DNA of 64,000 nucleotides from Obrimoposthia wandeli (taxonomy: Eukaryota). Position numbers and translations under genes: made by a program. Shown piece after piece: positions 30,886 through 39,388 of the stretch (position 1 is the stretch's first letter; every line of letters begins with the position of its first letter). The stretch is from the NCBI GenBank assembly GCA_977020255.1, contig CDROCS010002813.1, positions 1 through 64,000 of the forward strand, read 5' to 3'. Under the pieces are notes generated by a model. The model made no database searches. It was not told where the DNA came from and was given only the letters and a program-made list of their open reading frames with translations.

Positions 30886-31140
30886 CTATTTTTCAGATTG
30901 TTGTAACGGTTGCTCATTCTGCATTTGAGTTAAATCACCAATCACTGCCGAGTTTACTTGTCTGTATCTAAATCCATTGATTTTTACACTTCTGAATTTC
31001 TTTTTGTTTGATTTACTTACTTTCATTTGAATCAAAAATGGCTCGCAACTGTAGTCGTATATTGCGACATCTATCCATTTAGACCACCAATGAAATCTTT
31101 TAATATCTATATCGACATCCGTTAAAATATTAACTTTCAT
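30886..31140 (-). CDS. Hypothetical protein
   Basis: Operon packing. Confidence 0.65.
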   Translation of the reverse strand: MKVNILTDVDIDIKRFHWWSKWIDVAIYDYSCEPFLIQMKVSKSNKKKFRSVKINGFRYRQVNSAVIGDLTQMQNEQPLQQSEK

Positions 31141-31155
31141 TTCTAGTTCACCGTA

Positions 31156-31836
31156 TTAATCGTCTGTATCTTCAATGTAGTTGAAGTTTTCATCTAACTC
31201 ATAATCACTTGGTTTAGCGTTATCACCGTGAAGTAAATAGAATGCAAACTTTCTCCATTTAGTTTTTTCTTCATCGGATGAATCGTGATAATTTCCATGC
31301 TCATCACTAAACGTTTTGTTTCCATCAAAAAGAGTATAGTAACCACAATTTGCCCCCATATCTTCATCTGCATAAATAACTGTAATTACTTCATCAGGGA
31401 AATTTTCAGAAAGAGCTTTTAATAGTGGCAATGGATTAGACCAAGCTGTTTGAAACTCAATATATTCATCTTCTATTTTTTGTTGATAAGCATTCCACTT
31501 TGTACCCCACTCTTCACGCTGAAACTCCATAGAATGAATATATCCGTGTTCTCTCACGTTCTTAATCATACAAATAAATCTATCAAATGATTCATCATCA
31601 AGTTTTCTTACATCAGACTCTAAAATATTTTTCATCTCAAAGTTTGAAAGAAACCCATCAGGCTTAAATGGCAAGCATGATTTAGCAAGATTCTCTATAT
31701 CTGCTCGAATCCCATTACCTTGACCGTCATCAAACCCTTTCTTGACCATATTGAAGTCAATGTTTCCATCTTCATTAAGCATTGATTTAAGCACGATTGA
31801 TGACGCTGTGATTTTAGTGGTTACATGGTTTGGCAT
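31156..31836 (-). CDS. DUF1281/YubB ferredoxin-like family protein
   Basis: MPNH start, WGTKWNA, FQTAWSNP and YADED.GANCG motifs. Confidence 0.75.
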   Translation of the reverse strand: MPNHVTTKITASSIVLKSMLNEDGNIDFNMVKKGFDDGQGNGIRADIENLAKSCLPFKPDGFLSNFEMKNILESDVRKLDDESFDRFICMIKNVREHGYIHSMEFQREEWGTKWNAYQQKIEDEYIEFQTAWSNPLPLLKALSENFPDEVITVIYADEDMGANCGYYTLFDGNKTFSDEHGNYHDSSDEEKTKWRKFAFYLLHGDNAKPSDYELDENFNYIEDTDD

Positions 31837-31838
31837 TG

Positions 31839-32147
31839 TTATTTCTCCGAGTTTACAGAAGTGTTGATAGGTTCTTTCACTTCTTCCTGAACGATAGCAA
31901 CCCAACCGCGATCATCTTTACGAATAAAGGCATTCATTAGAGTTTTTGTAACTTCAGTTTGAATTCGCGGCGTAAATTTTAATAAAGCCGTTGAAATCTT
32001 ACAAAACTCTTCAAAATCCACATTGAAAGTGTCATAACAAAAACCGTCAATATCCTCACCATCATCTATAAAATCAGTGATTTCTTGCTCTGATTTTCCA
32101 CCCGCGTATAAACATAATTCTTCTAGTTCAAAACTTGATATAGTCAT
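31839..32147 (-). CDS. Hypothetical acidic protein
   Basis: AGAG Shine-Dalgarno; operon packing. Confidence 0.7.
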   Translation of the reverse strand: MTISSFELEELCLYAGGKSEQEITDFIDDGEDIDGFCYDTFNVDFEEFCKISTALLKFTPRIQTEVTKTLMNAFIRKDDRGWVAIVQEEVKEPINTSVNSEK

Positions 32148-32148
32148 A

Positions 32149-32357
32149 ATAATTCTCTATTTGTCCGATTGGTCATTAAGTTTTTTTATTTCTTTTTCAT
32201 AATCAATAAAAATGAAAAGCCCTGTATCTTCAGCGCACATATTAAGCATTTTATCAAATGCTTCTTTGTTTCTGCCTTTCGTCATTAAGCCGATAATTTC
32301 AGAGTAACCTTGCTTTCTTTCTTGTTTTTTCATGATAATTCTCTATTTGTCCGATTG
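32149..32357. repeat. Exact 23-bp direct repeat (32149-32171 and 32335-32357)
   Basis: ataattctctatttgtccgattg occurs twice, 186 bp apart. Confidence 0.95.
32157..32333 (-). CDS. 58-aa hypothetical protein missing from the ORF track (MKKQERKQGY...LNDQSDK)
   Basis: Translated by hand; AGAG Shine-Dalgarno; exactly fills the gap in the operon. Confidence 0.7.
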   Translation of the reverse strand: MKKQERKQGYSEIIGLMTKGRNKEAFDKMLNMCAEDTGLFIFIDYEKEIKKLNDQSDK

Positions 32358-32912
32358 CGTAAACGGTGAGATTAATTTTTTATGAATAGCAGAAACATAC
32401 TTTGCTTGATGAATAGCATCAGCTAGAGCGTCGTGCTTAACCCCATCAAATGGCATATCACGCTTAGGATTAAAACCAATATCAAGGCCAAGTCGAACAA
32501 TAGTGCGAACATCCATATCATTATAGAAAGCCCACGGAGTATTAAGGCCAACTTGATTGAAAGCATTTTTCATTATAACGTTGTCGAAAGTTGCTCCATT
32601 ACCCCAAACTTTGCATTTTTTATTATTGTCATCAATAAAATTAATAAAGCGCAACAAAACAAGATTAATATTTTCAGCTTTGGAATTATCATAGAATTTA
32701 CTTCGTGCTTCATCAGATTGTTTCATCCACCAAAGCACTGTTGAGACATCCATAACCAAACCAGACGCTACAGCCGTCTCAAGATTGATTTGCTCGTGAA
32801 AAGTCCCTCCAATTTCACCCGTTTCTATATCAAAGAAACATGCACCGATTGACATGATCGCCGCTTTCGGTCTATTACCCATAGTTTCGATATCTAACAT
32901 TAAATCTTTCAT
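32343..32912 (-). CDS. 3'-5' exonuclease, DEDD family (Rv2179c/DUF5051-like)
   Basis: LMLDIETMG, VWGNGATFD, DVRT and HDALADA motifs. Confidence 0.88.
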   Translation of the reverse strand: MKDLMLDIETMGNRPKAAIMSIGACFFDIETGEIGGTFHEQINLETAVASGLVMDVSTVLWWMKQSDEARSKFYDNSKAENINLVLLRFINFIDDNNKKCKVWGNGATFDNVIMKNAFNQVGLNTPWAFYNDMDVRTIVRLGLDIGFNPKRDMPFDGVKHDALADAIHQAKYVSAIHKKLISPFTQSDK

Positions 32913-32959
32913 TTTTACTCCTAATTTACCGATTGTGAGTTCTGTTTACTTAAATAAGT

Positions 32960-32983
32960 ATTTACGTATTTACGTATTTACGT
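32960..32983. repeat. Downstream centromere repeats, 3 x ATTTACGT
   Basis: Overlaps the 3' end of the adaptor gene. Confidence 0.8.
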
Positions 32984-33150
32984 ATTAACTCTTCTACTAC
33001 ATTGGTCATTTTTACATCTTGAATAGCACATTTTGCTTTAAATGCAGCATGCACCTTTTTATCAATATCAGCGGTCAATCTAGCTGTAGGAGTTGAATTT
33101 AATTCCAATATAGCTTTTGGATCATCATTTATTCTTTTTTTGATTTTCAA
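32962..33150 (-). CDS. Partition adaptor (ParG-like ribbon-helix-helix protein)
   Basis: 62 aa; RLTADID..VHAAFKAKCA...MTNVVEELI; overlaps the parA stop. Confidence 0.8.
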   Translation of the reverse strand: MKIKKRINDDPKAILELNSTPTARLTADIDKKVHAAFKAKCAIQDVKMTNVVEELIRKYVNT

Positions 33151-33776
33151 ACTAGCAATCCTTTAATTTCTTGATAAAATCCTTCAAATTCAGATTTCGC
33201 CAATCTGTCACTATATTCAAGAACATTCCCACCAACGGCCGCCGTTCTTACGTATGCTTCTCTGCCAATCAAGCAAGAACGCAATCTTTTAATTCCATAT
33301 TCTTCAATTTCATTTTTAATTTCTGAAAAACTATTTGTTCCTTGTTTTGCATTATTAATTAGAAATCTAGCTAGGGGTTGACCATCGTTAATTTCTTGTC
33401 TTTGCTTTATTAAACTAACAAGGTCAGCACAAGCCCATAAATCATATGGAGAAGGCTTAACAGGAATGATGATTAAATCACTAGCTGCTATGCATGCCGC
33501 TGTAACTTCATTTTTAGCCGGGGATGTATCGATGATAATAAAATCGTAATTCGCGCCAGAACGTTTTATGTTCTTTATCATCGCTGGAGTATTTGCGCCA
33601 ACACAATCAACAAACTTCATACCACCGGCTTCATGCCAATCTGATGCTGAAGATTGCTGAGGATTACCATCAACTAAAAGAACTTCATACTCTCTTGATA
33701 GAGCAGAGGCTAGATTAGTTGCAATAGTAGTTTTCCCAACCCCACCTTTTTGATTACAAATTGATATTACTTTCAT
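33147..33776 (-). CDS. parA: Partition ATPase, short type Ib ParA
   Basis: NQKGGVGKTT deviant Walker A, VDGNPQ and IIIDTSP. Confidence 0.95.
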   Translation of the reverse strand: MKVISICNQKGGVGKTTIATNLASALSREYEVLLVDGNPQQSSASDWHEAGGMKFVDCVGANTPAMIKNIKRSGANYDFIIIDTSPAKNEVTAACIAASDLIIIPVKPSPYDLWACADLVSLIKQRQEINDGQPLARFLINNAKQGTNSFSEIKNEIEEYGIKRLRSCLIGREAYVRTAAVGGNVLEYSDRLAKSEFEGFYQEIKGLLV

Positions 33777-33802
33777 AACTTACCTTATTTACTTAAAATT
33801 AC

Positions 33803-33882
33803 ATTTACGTATTTACGTATTTACGTATTTACGTATTTACGTATTTACGTATTTACGTATTTACGTATTTACGTATTTACGT
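33803..33882. repeat. Centromere/operator, 10 x ATTTACGT
   Basis: Perfect tandem 8-mers between the promoter and the parA start. Confidence 0.85.
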
Positions 33883-33887
33883 ATTAA

Positions 33888-33916
33888 ATAATATTCTTCA
33901 TTACTGAAAATGTAAA
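33888..33916 (-). promoter_or_regulatory. Sigma70-type par promoter
   Basis: TTTACA-17 bp-TATTAT just upstream of the repeat array. Confidence 0.65.
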
Positions 33917-33975
33917 TGCAAACAACATAAACATGAGAGTTGCATATGATAATGATCTAATAGCACTAATCATTT

Positions 33976-34860
33976 TTAAACCATCTCAGCTAGTTCTTGC
34001 TGTAATTCTTGTGCTTTAGTACCAAGACCAAGATATTTCATTGTCATTTGAATCGAGCTATGTCCAAAACTCTCCATAACCTCACCAATATTATTTTGAT
34101 TCCCAGATTTTCCTTTTAACATATTGTATGCAAATGTCTTTCTAAGGCTGTATGCGCTTAGTTTCATTTCAGAGTTAATCTCATCAGCAAACCAATCAAA
34201 GACAGCTCTGAATGCTTTCCATACAGATTGTCGGCTTATGCATCCGCTGAAGTTACGAGATCGATTTGAACCAGAAAGACTTTTGCTAAAAACAAAATCA
34301 TCTTTAGTATTTTTAATTCTTAATATAGATAATTCATCTAATAGTTTTTTCGGGATTTTTTTTGAATCGGCTTTTACTGGGGCGTTAGTTACAGCAAGTT
34401 CAAGACCTTCATAAAAACAATCAACTTCATTATCAGGAATGAATTGAATTATCTTATCTAAATCAAGTTCTAATAAATCAAGTTTCATATGAAGGTTAGA
34501 ATCACCACTCATGGCCGCACGTTTTTTTAATTCATTTTTAGTTACAGATAAATGTTTGTTATATGCTCTTTTTTCTGCTGCTCTAGTTTGTTTATTTACA
34601 ATGATTTTTGCAGTACCAGTATTAAAATCTATATCAGAAAATTTCAATTCTGTTAGGTCGGTAGTTCTCCAACCGGTCGCAACAGCTAAACGGTAAAATA
34701 GAGCGTATTGAGGACCAATCATGGAATTAACTTTTCTTAATATTTTTGTTTGCTGTATGCGATCATAGATAGGAGTTTTAGTATTAACACCAGTTTTATT
34801 TGTGCTTGTAATGCCACTTAAACTGCGTTTTTTTCTGAGCTCTTTAAGAATTTCACTCAT
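33976..34860 (-). CDS. Tyrosine recombinase (plasmid resolvase-like)
   Basis: ATGWRTTDL, AYSLRKTFA and FGHSSIQMTMKYLG; no arm-binding N-terminal domain evident. Confidence 0.9.
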   Translation of the reverse strand: MSEILKELRKKRSLSGITSTNKTGVNTKTPIYDRIQQTKILRKVNSMIGPQYALFYRLAVATGWRTTDLTELKFSDIDFNTGTAKIIVNKQTRAAEKRAYNKHLSVTKNELKKRAAMSGDSNLHMKLDLLELDLDKIIQFIPDNEVDCFYEGLELAVTNAPVKADSKKIPKKLLDELSILRIKNTKDDFVFSKSLSGSNRSRNFSGCISRQSVWKAFRAVFDWFADEINSEMKLSAYSLRKTFAYNMLKGKSGNQNNIGEVMESFGHSSIQMTMKYLGLGTKAQELQQELAEMV

Positions 34861-34988
34861 GATAAAGCCTCTCTTTTAATAAGATTAGCTCTTTGAGAAT
34901 TGGTCAAGCAATTTGAATTAATTGCAAATTTTCTTAATGTTTCTGGAAGTGCTTCACAAATAAGCACTCGAAATGTAAACTGTGTCAT
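34857..34988 (-). CDS. 43-aa ORF coupled to the recombinase (MTQFTFRVLICEALPETLRKF...REALS)
   Basis: AGGATG Shine-Dalgarno; its stop overlaps the recombinase start (ATGA). Confidence 0.55.
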   Translation of the reverse strand: MTQFTFRVLICEALPETLRKFAINSNCLTNSQRANLIKREALS

Positions 34989-35056
34989 ACTTCATCCTAG
35001 GTTATTAGGTTTTGAATAATCCCTAATCAATGTTAGTAGCATTGGTTAGGGGTGAT

Positions 35057-35257
35057 TTAACTTTCAATACCCCCACTATACTTCATGTCATGAAGTGTTT
35101 CAAGGGTTTTTAAATGATGCTCTACAAATTTTGGGATTTTTAATATTCCTGAATTGTATTTTTCATGAGCGCTCATTGATATTCCTAGCAAATCATTCCA
35201 ATCTTTAACTTTTAATCCTAATTTTTTTCTTAATTCTTTATATTTATCTACTGTCAT
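35057..35257 (-). CDS. Small XRE-family HTH regulator
   Basis: KELRKKLGL....NDLLGIS.SAHEKY.SG pattern. Confidence 0.75.
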   Translation of the reverse strand: MTVDKYKELRKKLGLKVKDWNDLLGISMSAHEKYNSGILKIPKFVEHHLKTLETLHDMKYSGGIES

Positions 35258-35279
35258 ATTTATTCCTATGTGATTGATT

Positions 35280-36260
35280 TTAGATTGATTTTAATCTAAA
35301 TAGAACTTCATTCGCTGTTAGTCCATCATTCCAGTTTAAATTATGATGTTCAGCTTCATCTTTAGTTAGATAACGATTAGCTTCGGTAAAAAATAAAGTA
35401 TCATTTATATTTTTGAATGGCTTTACTTCTATCTTAACAATTGAATTTGTATTCAATGCTTTATCAATTATTTTATCTTTTTTATTTATTTCTTTATTAT
35501 CATATAGATAACTTATTTTAACTTTATAAGCTTTACGACATTTCCTCTCTATTATTTCCATGTTAATTTTAGTGAATTCTGTTTTTTCAATAATTTTCTT
35601 TGCTGCTCTTTTGAAAAAAGAATTATTAAATTCAGTGAATAATTCATATGATTTATGTTTATCGACTGCAAGTGATTCTTTAAATTCATCAACAGTTATA
35701 GTTTTATCAACTACAAAGCCAGAACTGATCCATTCTCGTAATATTAGATATAACTTACCAGAATTTCCATCTGGCAATTGCATGGCACTTAATAGAAATT
35801 GCCCGGTAAAATCCCCGGTCAAACTAGATATTAATGGTTCCATTTCTTTTGCAAATTTAACGTTTACAAATCCGTGACCTTTTGAATAACCAGTTCCATT
35901 TTCGGCAATAGTAAATGGTGCTATCCAATCACTAGGAAGTTCCGGGTTTTTCTTTTTTAATAATCCCTGATCGGCCTCAAGAACGTAACCACGCAGCCCT
36001 CTAACACCTTCAACTATTTGCCGATATGCCGCAGAATAATCAATTTCACATAATTCAGCATAATTTTTCACTGTTATAGTAAATATATTATCTGAGTCAA
36101 ATTTTATAAGAACGTTATTTTTTGAAGAATCTCTTTCAAGTTGAGCTAAACACATAAAAAATAATCTTTTTGATGGCAGTCCCATCCCAATTAAAGCTGG
36201 TCTTGCATCGTTACGTGTATATATTTTCTTAGCCATTTTCAATATTTCCGATCGATTCAT
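35280..36260 (-). CDS. repB: Plasmid replication initiator, Rep_3 (RepE/pi-like)
   Basis: KRLFFMCLAQL, AYRQI, VNVKF..EMEPLI, GKLYLILREW and TVDEFKESL; adjacent iterons. Confidence 0.9.
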   Translation of the reverse strand: MNRSEILKMAKKIYTRNDARPALIGMGLPSKRLFFMCLAQLERDSSKNNVLIKFDSDNIFTITVKNYAELCEIDYSAAYRQIVEGVRGLRGYVLEADQGLLKKKNPELPSDWIAPFTIAENGTGYSKGHGFVNVKFAKEMEPLISSLTGDFTGQFLLSAMQLPDGNSGKLYLILREWISSGFVVDKTITVDEFKESLAVDKHKSYELFTEFNNSFFKRAAKKIIEKTEFTKINMEIIERKCRKAYKVKISYLYDNKEINKKDKIIDKALNTNSIVKIEVKPFKNINDTLFFTEANRYLTKDEAEHHNLNWNDGLTANEVLFRLKSI

Positions 36261-36330
36261 TACTAATCTCTTTATTCTCTTTTAGTTATTAAATAATACC
36301 AAGCGCTTTAACTGCCTGCAATAATTAATT

Positions 36331-36453
36331 TGCCATTGTTTCACTGACTAGCTGCCATTGTTTCACTGACTAGCTGCCATTGTTTCACTGACTAGCTGCC
36401 ATTGTTTCACTGACTAGCTGCCATTGTTTCACTGACTAGCTGCCATTGTTTCA
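36331..36453. repeat. Iterons: 5 x 22 bp plus a 13-bp partial
   Basis: TGCCATTGTTTCACTGACTAGC in tandem, with two-helical-turn periodicity. Confidence 0.93.
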
Positions 36454-36790
36454 TGCTAAAAATCTTTTGGATTCATATGTTTACATTACCCCCCAATAGA
36501 ATAATAGATTAATATAAATAATAAAAATAAGGAGTCACTAGCTTTCAGGCTGTGGATAAGTTTCATATTGATAACTTTCGCAAGCTCAAGATTACCAACA
36601 ATTACTAAATGATTTATTTGATGCTTATTGATTTCGCTCCGCGTCAAATTTTTTTATTTTTAATAGATGTGATCAACATATTAACAATATCAGAATTAAA
36701 TATGTATCGTACTCGTTATATGTATTTTTTTGATAAATATAATTAATAATAATGCAAAGTAGTAACTATTTTATCTTTAGAGAGTTAAGT
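36454..36790. other. Remainder of the replication origin: DnaA box and AT-rich tract
   Basis: Perfect DnaA box TGTGGATAA at 36551-36559; long non-coding A/T runs. Confidence 0.7.
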
Positions 36791-36864
36791 GCCATTTGAG
36801 CTGCATGTACAAAGGGTGGGGGATCTATCGAGTTATATTGACTTTTAATTTAATGAGGGTTTTT

Positions 36865-37503
36865 TTATTTTTCTATAAAATACGCAGAAATCGACCGGGT
36901 TGTATTTGTATGTTTATCAAACGCTTCTACATTTCTTGTTTCTATTTTTCCTATACTCTTTTTTAGATTGTATATATTTACTGCTAACCTCTTGATTCTA
37001 TAGAATAGTATTGCATCTATTGAGGTTAAATATTCATTCTCATTAAGTAAGTCTTCAAGTTCATGTCTTCTTCCTATTTCAGTGTTAAGTTTATCGTTTT
37101 TAATTGATGATCGCCTAGGGCAAATAATTTTTATGGTGTATTCAATTTCAGTTTCTTTATTAAAACCCTCCAAATGTGATTGATATCTTGAATAAATTAC
37201 TCCTTTTTTATTCCCATTTATTTTTACTGTTTTCTTAAATACATTTTGTCTCTTCTGTAACCTAGCCATCATTTGAGGTGATCTTGTTATCAAAAGCCGA
37301 TACGCTAGATCCTCCATCGTGACATAATTAACTATATTGAATGCTAATTCAGAGCGATCCTTTTCGTTCATTTTGTATTGTCTCATTTGCCGATAAACAT
37401 AATCCCATTGCTCTAGTATCTCTTGGGTGTCGTGAGTCGATTTAACAATGTGAGTTTGCATTATGTAATCAATTCTCTCTGGTATTAGGGCCATTTGTAT
37501 CAC
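36865..37503 (-). CDS. Putative regulator with a C-terminal winged HTH (HTH_39-like)
   Basis: LTSIDA...IKRLAVNIYNLK...IET...AYF pattern. Confidence 0.6.
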   Translation of the reverse strand: MIQMALIPERIDYIMQTHIVKSTHDTQEILEQWDYVYRQMRQYKMNEKDRSELAFNIVNYVTMEDLAYRLLITRSPQMMARLQKRQNVFKKTVKINGNKKGVIYSRYQSHLEGFNKETEIEYTIKIICPRRSSIKNDKLNTEIGRRHELEDLLNENEYLTSIDAILFYRIKRLAVNIYNLKKSIGKIETRNVEAFDKHTNTTRSISAYFIEK

Positions 37504-37598
37504 CGTTTGTGTATATGAATTGAGCGCTAATTATAATTCATATACGATGATTTAATAAACGTTATTGCATTGATTTTTAATATTTTTTAGGTTCTTTT

Positions 37599-38624
37599 AT
37601 GGCAAAAATAACAGCAGTTAATAATGATAAAAATACAAAGGTTTCTTATAGGGTTCACTTTGTTAAAAGTGGAACTTCTAGACTAAGGATATTTAAATAT
37701 TACCCAGAAGCGTGCAGGTTTTTTTATTACTCAGAACTAGATGCTTTTAGTGATTTAACTCAAGAGGGGTTCTTAAAAAGGAAAGATTTTACTGTTAGGA
37801 AGTTACTGCAGTTTTTTTTAGGTTATCAGTATGACAGATTTGAGTTAAATCAAATTTCAGAGCAAACATACAAACAAGTTGAGCTTAGATTCAATAATCT
37901 AGAAGAAGGTTTTTTAAATTTAATATCATTCAAAGTATCAAGAAAGCAGATAGAAAAGTACGTTCAGGATCATGCTATGGTTTGGGTTCGAGCTGCTTAT
38001 GCGTTGTTAAATAGGCATTCAGAAAATAATTTCAATCCATGTCCAAAAATTAAAAAACGGGTATATCGTCCCCCCACAATTCCAAGTAAAGGTGATATTG
38101 ATAAATTAATATCTCTTGCTGTTGAGCCAAGAGCAAAGATGTTTTTATATTTATGTATTGCATGTGGGTTGCGTGTCAGTGAGGTTATGGCATTACGATG
38201 GGATAGAGTTGATGATGAGAAAATCATAATAGATCATCACACGGTTAACGATAAGATATTGCGTGGTCATAAATCTGGACATTACCGGGTGATTAAAATT
38301 TGCTCTCAATTTTCGGTGCTATGTAAATCGCTTGATAGAAACTCAGAGTTTTTAATCTACAATCAAAGTAACCCCAAGGGGTTTCTTTCTAGTAAATCGT
38401 TCATAGCTAATCAGATTAAGAAAATTTATAGGGAGGCTGGTGTCACTTGTACGGTTCATGATTTACGACATTATGCAATATCAACATGGATTCGTGAGGG
38501 TAGGGATATCATTCAGGTGCAGCATATGGCTGGTCATACTGATGTGGGTACAACGTTAAAAATCTATGGTCATTTGCTGAATGAGCCTGCTCCTATTGTT
38601 TCTAGGGCTTGGAATTGGCAATAA
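37599..38624 (+). CDS. Tyrosine integrase
   Basis: CGLRVSEV.ALRW, HDLRH and AGHTDVGTTLKIYGH (complete R-K-H-R-H-Y set); possible arm-binding N-terminal domain. Confidence 0.92.
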   Translation: MAKITAVNNDKNTKVSYRVHFVKSGTSRLRIFKYYPEACRFFYYSELDAFSDLTQEGFLKRKDFTVRKLLQFFLGYQYDRFELNQISEQTYKQVELRFNNLEEGFLNLISFKVSRKQIEKYVQDHAMVWVRAAYALLNRHSENNFNPCPKIKKRVYRPPTIPSKGDIDKLISLAVEPRAKMFLYLCIACGLRVSEVMALRWDRVDDEKIIIDHHTVNDKILRGHKSGHYRVIKICSQFSVLCKSLDRNSEFLIYNQSNPKGFLSSKSFIANQIKKIYREAGVTCTVHDLRHYAISTWIREGRDIIQVQHMAGHTDVGTTLKIYGHLLNEPAPIVSRAWNWQ

Positions 38625-38800
38625 AAATTAAGAACAAGAGGATCTAACGCCGAAAGTTATGTATATTGACCCAAGAATAGAACATATTGGAACTTCCCAA
38701 AAAACCTTTAGTGGAGAAACCTATATGCAACATATTCTGAGTGGCGGTTTCTTTAGTGTTTCGTGTTAAATATTTGATGAGCGTGTTTTGATGGGGGGTT

Positions 38801-39388
38801 ATGGCTAGATATAAAAAAAGTTACGTGTTAGAAGCCACTCTCTATGTTGCTACGACTGGCAGAAAAACAGGATTAGCTCTTGCTCGATACTTCAAAGTAT
38901 CAGAGCAAACAATATACAACTGGAAGAAGTCACATCCTGACTTTAAGAACGCAGTTGATAATGCCAGAGACCAATTAAATGTTATTGTTAACAGCGCAAT
39001 ATTAAAAAATGTAACAAAGAATAAAATTACAAAAGGAAGTGGTCCAGATGGACCAACAAAAACAATTACTCCTCCTCAAGCTGCAGATATGACTGTTGCA
39101 CTTAAAGCCGGGATAGGGGGCTTGCGTTCTATAGAAGAAAAAGAGCGCCGCGAGTTTATTAAGCGCGTAATTGCTCAGAAAATAAGAGGGGATCTAACTT
39201 GTATCGAGGCAATGCAGAAAATTGAAGGTGAGGGTTATAACGCTCCGAAGTCATTAGAGTTAGAAGCTAAGATTGAATTGAATAAATCTTCAGGTGATTC
39301 ATTCCTAAATAGCATACTCACTGATGAACAAAAAGAACAAAAGAACCGTTTCATGGAACTGTTAACTAAGGAAATTGAAGATGACTAG
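38801..39388 (+). CDS. terS: Terminase small subunit
   Basis: N-terminal HTH (LARYFKVSEQTIYNWKK.HPDF); overlaps terL. Confidence 0.8.
   Translation: MARYKKSYVLEATLYVATTGRKTGLALARYFKVSEQTIYNWKKSHPDFKNAVDNARDQLNVIVNSAILKNVTKNKITKGSGPDGPTKTITPPQAADMTVALKAGIGGLRSIEEKERREFIKRVIAQKIRGDLTCIEAMQKIEGEGYNAPKSLELEAKIELNKSSGDSFLNSILTDEQKEQKNRFMELLTKEIEDD

Noticed and set aside
33803-33882. Microsatellite or contingency locus
   Set aside because: Position at the par promoter plus a second array downstream fits a type Ib centromere better.
36331-36453. CRISPR-like repeat array
   Set aside because: 22-bp repeats are contiguous with no spacers and lie next to a Rep_3 gene, so they are iterons.
26551-39140. 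GGGGATCTA at three places (26551 minus strand, about 36810, about 39128 in terS) as a pac or methylation signal
   Set aside because: A short word picked out after the fact, in mixed contexts; chance cannot be excluded without a word-frequency test.
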